Source: Trichinella spiralis
Taxonomy: Eukaryota
Assembly: GCF_000181795.1 (NCBI RefSeq)
Contig: NW_003526941.1
Span: forward strand, 7,284,333-7,304,332
Direction of reading: 5' to 3'
Length of the DNA: 20,000 bases
A program made the translations under genes and the position numbers. Shown here piece by piece: positions 13,246 through 20,000 of the stretch. Each line of letters starts with the position of its first letter. The first letter of the stretch is position 1. Under the pieces are notes generated by a model that was not told the DNA's origin, ran no database searches, and saw only the letters and a list, made by a program, of their open reading frames with translations.

Positions 13246-14279
13246 CTATGGTTTTGTTTGACCAGCGGACGCTAGCTGCGAGCCTTTGGATTTCAACAAT
13301 TCGAAGAGCTTCAAAAAGCTAACCTGAGTTCTTTTTTCCTTAGAACGCAAATGCATTTGACAGCGCTTGTTTACAGTGTAAAACCAAAGTCCCAAAGCGG
13401 TGACAAAGTTAAATATGACGGCCAAACAGAATGGCCATATTGGTCCGAGCAGCTTTTCGAACCAGGGAACACTTTCTGGTGAAAATAGTTTAGCAAAGAG
13501 ATAATCCGACGCTTCAGATCCGACCGACATCACCAACACCGTCGACAAAGTCAACACCATGCCGGTGCATATGCCGGCCATTTGGATGGCAATGTGAGGC
13601 CAAAGTAGCCAAGCTCTGTTGGTCAAAACACCGATAACAACCATCGCAATTACAGTCAACAAAAGCAAAGCAACAACACCACGCCACGAGATGGAAAACG
13701 CATCCTTATTGTTGGACGAGTATACAATGTGCAACACGAACCAACTGACCAAAGCGGTCGCTTCCAGCACAACAATGGCCAGTGTTCCATAACGAACTGT
13801 CCAACAATTATCACAATTATTATCTGCAGATTGGGAGTTGTCAGTTGTCACGTCATGAACAGTGTGTTGTGTCGTTGAATTTTCTTGTTCTTGTTCAATA
13901 ACTGCCGCAGATACAGGCAAGTCGATTTTGGCGGTTGTGTGATCGCCTCCTGTTTTCACAACTTCCTTGAACTCTGCTGCAATTGTCTCACCATTTCCAC
14001 TAACATCCGCTACTGGTACTGCTTGCGTGATATGGATTTTCTTAGTCGGTTTCAAAAAATCGATAACTCTTTTATTCCATTTTTGCTTACCTTCACTGAT
14101 AATGGTCTTGATGATGGGTGCTTTTTTGTTTTGTGACTGATTCTAAAGAAGGATGGATGGATAACTGTTTTTTAAAATGGATCAAGTGAAACAATTTTCT
14201 CATTTGATACGCTGTTCAAGAAAATATTAATCCGTTTTATAATTGTAAAAAAAGCAATAAATAATACAAAAATTACCAT
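13246..14279 (-). CDS. Uncharacterised four-transmembrane protein (~299 aa), LAPTM-like
   Basis: The ORF extends upstream in frame to an acceptor ttctttag at 14143. A probable ATG-only first coding exon lies at 14279-14277 with donor gtaatt, giving MNQSQNKKAPIIK.... There are four hydrophobic segments, and GVLTNRAWLLWPHI resembles the TM2-TM3 loop motif of LAPTM-like proteins. Confidence 0.75.
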
Positions 14280-15175
14280 AAGTATGAATATGAAGTTGAG
14301 AAAATTGACAACTGTAGAGGAAGTAAGTGAACAACTAACTAACCATTTACTGTGTATGCGTGTGTGTGTGTCACAACTTCTGCTTTTGCTAGATGAATGT
14401 TTAATTTGCCAGTTTTATTCAACCAAGCGCATGCCAGCCAACGACAACACTGACGCGTCCCAGTTTCAAACAACGATCAACGTTCACCTCTGGGCGGTTA
14501 CTGTGCTATTTTCCCACATCTACAAAATAAACACAATTCCTTCATTTTGAGTATATTGCAGCACAAACATGAATGGTCAACGTTGCCAAGTTAAATCTTC
14601 CACCACCACTACTACTGCAACAAGGCGACCAAATATTTGAATTATGCAATACATAAAACGGTTATGAATTTTCTATTTCGTTTTGTTCAATATGCAATCA
14701 TTAATTATTACTAATATAAGTGGAACAACTTTTTTTTCAATAAAAATTATTCATTTATTTTGATTTTTCATATTCCATTGATCATATATGTAATATTATT
14801 AATTTCAGATATGAATGCAGAAAGTTTTTGCTCTGAACACTGACCTCAACCTTATTTATTTATGAGTAGAAAATTGATTACTGCAAATAATAATTTCAAA
14901 AAAACCCTTGAAAATTTGTAAATTATAAAATTTTTAAAAACAGTTTTGATCAGTTGTTGATGAAGTTGAACTAATGAAAGACAGTTGAAAGAAATTTAAG
15001 AAAATTTTAATTGCACTGCAAGTTCTAGTTGTGGAAAGACAAATTGCATCATTTTGAAATAGAAAATTTGAAAAGCACACTGAATTAGTTGACTATCGCT
15101 GAAAGTTTTCATCAAACCAAACTTTCGCCCACCAATGGAAATAATATTGAACAGAAAAATACGAGATAATGTAGT

Positions 15176-16125
15176 TCAGCTTCTGTGCTTAGCAACTTGT
15201 GAGGGGGCTTTGGGAACAAGTTTGCAGTAAAGTTTCTCTAAACCAAGTAATGAAAAAGCAATAAGCGTAGTAAAAATAAGAAAATAAAAATAATCTTGAA
15301 TTTTTCCAATTTCCAACGATTTCAGTGCAAAATAATCCGTGGTACAAAATACAGTTTTGTTCGGTCGACTGTAAATAGCCGCCCGGCCTGCGTAGAACAT
15401 GCGCAACGATTTCGTCGACATGACGGACAACTTGCTTTCCAGAGCTTCTTCTCTGTAATAGAAAACGCTTTGCAGTCGTGAAGTTTCTTTCACTATCGAA
15501 ATCACTTTCACAAAGCAAAATCTGCTCTCGTAAAACTCTTTCAAACTGGACAAATCGACGCCGATGTAACATAACGAAGATTTAGTGATTAATTTTCCCA
15601 TTTCAAAACGATTGTCCACGTAGAGGGGTGGATTTTTCACAAATGCCCTTCTGAACAATCCTGTCCAGGGGATTTCATCTTCAGCTTTTGGATTGATCAG
15701 CAGATGATGAAATATTGGATCGTCTTTGATCGAAGTTAACATTGTAAATCTGCATTTCTTTCTCAACAACAGTCGGCCAAGTTCGTTCAAGTTGTCAAAG
15801 CCGTATTCAATTCTCTCGTCCTTTTTGACCAAATAAACGGTTATGATGTTCGAAACGAGATTTAGAAAAAATATCACTGATATGAATGCAAACGTGTAAA
15901 TAATTGTCTCTCGAAATGACCGCAGAAACGAAATTAGACGATTTTTCCTACTAAAATCTTGCTCAAACGCGTAAACCTCGTAAATGTATTTCGATATATG
16001 CGAAAGCATATAAATGCTCAGTAAAGTGATGGTGAACAGAAACCAGACGTCAGTTTCGACAATGCGACTGCGTGAAAATCTGCCGCCGCACTGGCGGAAC
16101 GGCTTTTCCACTACCAAAGCAATGG
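15176..16125 (-). CDS. Divergent ionotropic receptor / iGluR-like ligand-gated channel subunit (partial, 5' end lost in gap)
   Basis: 950-nt uninterrupted ORF. M1-like segment DVWFLFTITLLSIYML; M3-like segment IIYTFAFISVIFFLNLVSNIITVYL followed by GFDNLNELG; S2-sized lobe; M4-like segment KSLEIGKIQDYFYFLIFTTLIAFSLLGLE with a short tail. Confidence 0.65.
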
Positions 16126-16135
16126 NNNNNNNNNN
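16126..16135. other. Assembly gap (10 N placeholder)
   Basis: Run of n characters. Confidence 1.
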
Positions 16136-17067
16136 GAAAACTTTCAAAAAATAAGCAAAGCAAATAACGTATTTTTGCTGAAACGCTTTGCCGTTTTTAC
16201 ATGTACAGATTGATCAGAGTCGAGCATTTCAAAGCTCCTGGCTTACGTCATTGACATTTGAATCCAATTGACACTCAATGATGACAATATGCAACATTTA
16301 TGCTTATCCTATTCTGATTACTTGGTGGTGTTTTATTTCGCAGCTATAAAAATATAAAAATAACTCATTATATTTATATTATGTTCTAGGGCAGCTTTTC
16401 ATGCGAAAATTTTTCATTTCAACAAAGTTACTTTACCATTCTTTGTTTCCGCTTTCCAAAAATAAGGAAATCAGATAAAGTAGCCACGCCATTTGTCAGC
16501 ACCGAATTTGTCATGCATTTATTTGTACCTACCTGTACATGGCGTGTGCATACAATTTACAATCAACTCCAAAAGTTCCGACCGAAGCACTGATTTGTTT
16601 ACTGAACAGATTAAAAGCACAATTTAATTTCCGCCATTCTCACTTTGTTTTCCACCGAAATGTAAGTCATGCAACGCTTCAGATGATGCGAACTTCCATT
16701 GTAGAACATTTTTTAAACCAAATCATAATTTTTCAAGTAGAATAACACTAAAAAGGTAAAATTAGTTAAAAGAACTATTTACTTATTATAAATTATCTCT
16801 TCTTTGTTGTTAACTGTTTAAGTAATCATATTAGTAATAAATAGTATTATTATTAGTAGTAGTAATAATATTCTTGTCATTATTGGATATTAATATCTTA
16901 TTTTCAATTTGTTTCTTTTACTAAAATTACTAAAATGACAGAGCAATTAATACATCAAAGTATCAGTTGCATCATTACAATCATGAAAGTATTATATTCA
17001 AAAGAATGATCGCATGAAATTTCAGAAAAAATTTTCCCCGTGTAAAATAAATACACGCGCATACAAA

Positions 17068-17115
17068 AACACACACACGCGCGCGCACACACGCAAACAA
17101 GCATGTGCGCACACA
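17068..17115. repeat. Alternating purine-pyrimidine tract (CA/CG)n
   Basis: acacacacacgcgcgcgcacacacgc. Confidence 0.75.
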
Positions 17116-17367
17116 GATGAGGTTATCACCATTGGTCAAATGGTCACATGTTAAACTAATTATGTCCACTATTAAAAGTACGACCACGGTCGACGGTCTC
17201 GAACCGAGCGAACCATTGTCTCAGAATGGGCTGTTGCTAGCTTGTTGTCTTGACCGGCGGCCATGATTAGCTTCGTCATATAGCGCCGCCTGTTGGCTTG
17301 GGTCAGCGGCGATTGGTCGACCACTAATGCTTTTTGCTAGTCAAGAAAGAAAGACAGACACACATTG

Positions 17368-17393
17368 CACACACACACACACACACACACACA
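17368..17393. repeat. (CA)n microsatellite followed by a GA-rich purine tract to ~17480
   Basis: About 13 CA units read directly. Confidence 0.9.
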
Positions 17394-18141
17394 GCCCCAG
17401 ATGCACACACCCAAAAGCCAGAGAAGAAGAGAGGTAAGAAGAAGCAGAAAGAGAAAGAGAGAAAGTAGAAGAGAAGAGAAGCTTCTTCATTCAACCTTGG
17501 ATAATGATATGCTTCTCTTTGGTCACTAATAAATTTTCCCTGACTATGAAAACTCGGCCACAGTGTCATAATTGATAAGCTTTAATGAGTGAGCCGTTGC
17601 TCTTTTGTTTTCCGTTTTTCTCATTCAAGAAGAATAATTGAAATTTATGAAAGAATTTTTTTTAAGAAAAGATAGAAATTACATATTGAAATGCTAAATG
17701 TGAGTGCTGTCGTCAAAGTTCAGTCAGTGTTGAGTGTGAAGTTAAAAAGAAGAAGAAGATGATGATGATGCTGATGACGACGATGCAGATCACACTACTC
17801 CGGTCTAGTTGCGACGCGACATCTGCCATTGAAGAAATATGAAAGCAAAACAGAACAAAAGTGACAAAGCGCTGTTTGCTCGCTTGTCGGTTTGTCGGTT
17901 GTGCCATTAGTTAGCTAGTTTATTTCATCTAATCGTTGTCGTGCGTCCGTCAGCTCAAAAGACATATTTTCTTTTTGCTTTTCACTTGATGCCACGTTTC
18001 CATCGCGCATCCCGCGTCTCACTTGACCAATCTCATCCCACTGACCACTGTGCTGCTTGGAAATTTCATTTTGATCTGTTCTTTTTTTCAGATTGCTTTT
18101 CAACTGTCAAATATTCCTTTGAATAGTTGAAAATTTCAACC

Positions 18142-18291
18142 ATGACAAAGAAACCGCCATCCACTAGGCGAAGATATTTTATTCCTACTTGTTGTTCAAT
18201 ATTTGCTTGCTTGCTTGTTACTGTCGGCGTCTGTTATAAACCTGATGCCACTGCAAAGCATGTTTCCACTGTCACCACTGCTGAACCTCAG
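18142..18291 (+). CDS. Probable first coding exon (signal peptide or anchor) of an unidentified gene
   Basis: accATG 15 nt after an acceptor-like ttcctttgaatag. Translation MTKKPPSTRRRYFIPTCCSIFACLLVTVGVCYKPDATAKHVSTVTTAEPQ has a basic n-region and hydrophobic h-region, and ends at a phase-0 donor cag|gtaact. Confidence 0.4.
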
Positions 18292-18613
18292 GTAACTATT
18301 ATTTTATTATTCATTATCATTTTATATACAGGCTTGTGCGCATATCAGTGCTTCCAACGCCGTCGCATGTCGAGGAATAATTTATTTTCTTTCGTCATTA
18401 CGCGTAAAAAGATTGACATGGGAGGAGAACTTTGACCCAAATTGAACAAGCACTTTGCCCTTTCCAAGCCACAGTGTGTCATCTGCGATGACAACTAGCC
18501 CGAGGTCGTATGGAGGACCTGATTTACGCAAAGCATTAGCTTAGCCTATATATCTGAATCGGAAATCAATTGTGTGCAAAAAGTTTCATCAAAGAGAGGG
18601 AATGAGGGAGAAT

Positions 18614-18616
<3 letters not shown>

Positions 18617-18646
<30 letters not shown>
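18617..18646. repeat. (GA)n microsatellite
   Basis: About 15 GA units read directly. Confidence 0.92.
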
Positions 18647-18650
<4 letters not shown>

Positions 18651-20000
18651 ATAAGAACAAGTTGCTCAACAATACCAGTACAAGTCGGAATTATCTTCAT
18701 CGTATGAGTAAACCAAGCGAATATAATAACTACATAATTAACTTTAAATCTATTTTAGTGTATTTTTGACTTTATAATTATTCATCATATCCCTTCCTGT
18801 GGAGAACTTATTCAGTGCAGATGCTGAGCAACGAAAGTAAAATAGAAAATTTTTCAAATGACTTTCGATATTAAAAAAAAAAATATTCTACCCTCCAAAC
18901 TCACCCAAAGGCAAAAAGCATGAAGCGGTGTGCAAGTAAGTCTGAATGACAAAGAGAACACGCTTTTGCTTTTGCTTTCACTATGGACGTCACATATTTC
19001 GTGTATTCAAATTTGTCGTCAACTATATGCAGTGCATTAAGCGGACGCATTTGTTTCAAGACCGCTTGGAACGATAAATCATCCCCAGTCACCGTTTGAC
19101 TGGTTACTCGGTCCGACACAGGGGTTGTCAATTCAATTCTACACATTCCAATAGATAACACAACATCATTTCGTCATTCCGACAATACGTCATCCTCGCA
19201 ATTGTAAAGCAAAAATTAAATCTCAACTATTATTAGTATTATTATTAATAGATGCATTAAATTTTTAAATAGTTTCGTTCAAGAAAATTTCTATTTTTAT
19301 AACTTTCCCAGTGAATATGTGATAGAAGAATTTAGAAAAGAAAGCAAGAGAATTAGCGATGTGCCAATGATCAAGTTTCTCAAATTTCGAAGGCAAATTG
19401 AACAGAAAAAAGAAAATACATTCTGCAATATTCCGTCGACATATATACGTTGTAGGATCGTGCTGTAAGCAAAAGTTTCAGCAATAACAACAACAACAAC
19501 TCGTTACGTGTCAAAGTGTGCTTATTCATTGCAGGGAATATGATGAGCCTGACGGCTAGAGAATGGTTTCATTTGCTTTCAGAAGAGTTTTAGCAATTTC
19601 ATTTTGAAAACAAACCATCATATTTCATTAATAATTACGTCGAACATAACAAATAACAAACAACTTTCCAGTGGAAAAGTATCTAAACCAAAGCTGAGTC
19701 TGTCTGTATCTATTGAAATTGCAGAAAAGAAACTTTTTAAAAAAATTTATAGCAGATATTTTCACAATTTCTCACAACTGACAAGTAGCCATGTGGCGCA
19801 AAAGAAACCGATCGTCTGCTTCACAGATGCAGAAACAGTCTGGACACTGGTTCAGAGGTCCCCTTGTGTATAGATAAAGAAAAATACAATCTGTGCTTAT
19901 GATTAAATCTATCACACTGCCAGCTGTTCCATCAAATGATGTCAACTTTTTCCAATGACTATTTAAGGATTTTTTTCGTTCGCATAATTTTTAAAAAAAA

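Noticed and set aside
16136..16300. N-terminus of the IR-like gene upstream of the gap, including the track's MKVF start
   Set aside because: The gap length is unknown, so the frame cannot be joined, and all three frames hit stops within a short distance.
17198..17216. Minus-strand tggttcgctcggttcgag, vaguely like miR-375
   Set aside because: The seed is mismatched and no pre-miRNA hairpin is evident.
18901..19161. 86-aa minus-strand ORF ending near a gtgagt donor-like site
   Set aside because: No recognisable domain, no partner exons and a non-ATG start; it cannot be supported as coding.

Overview
Eukaryotic, AT-rich, intron-dense genomic window. It is most likely a nematode, and the short introns, TTTCAG-type acceptors and CA/GA microsatellites suggest a clade I species such as Trichinella (inference). 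Positions 1-8236 (+) hold the 3' part of a papilin/mig-6 gene: ADAMTS spacer, 6 TSP1 repeats, 11 lagrin-type Cys repeats, 11 Kunitz domains, 1 Ig domain and a PLAC domain. A complete 7-exon Rab1 gene (9490-12319, -) converges on it. Further along are a 4-TM LAPTM-like membrane protein gene (13246-14279, -), an intronless divergent ionotropic-receptor-like ORF cut by an assembly gap (15176-16125, -), and a microsatellite-rich region with a probable signal-peptide first exon (18142-18291, +). Papilin shows three anomalies: an in-frame TAG inside the PLAC domain just before the conserved CCxxC, a single-base frameshift in lagrin repeat 7, and a probable in-frame GC-AG intron. No prokaryotic features, tRNA, rRNA or CRISPR array were recognised.
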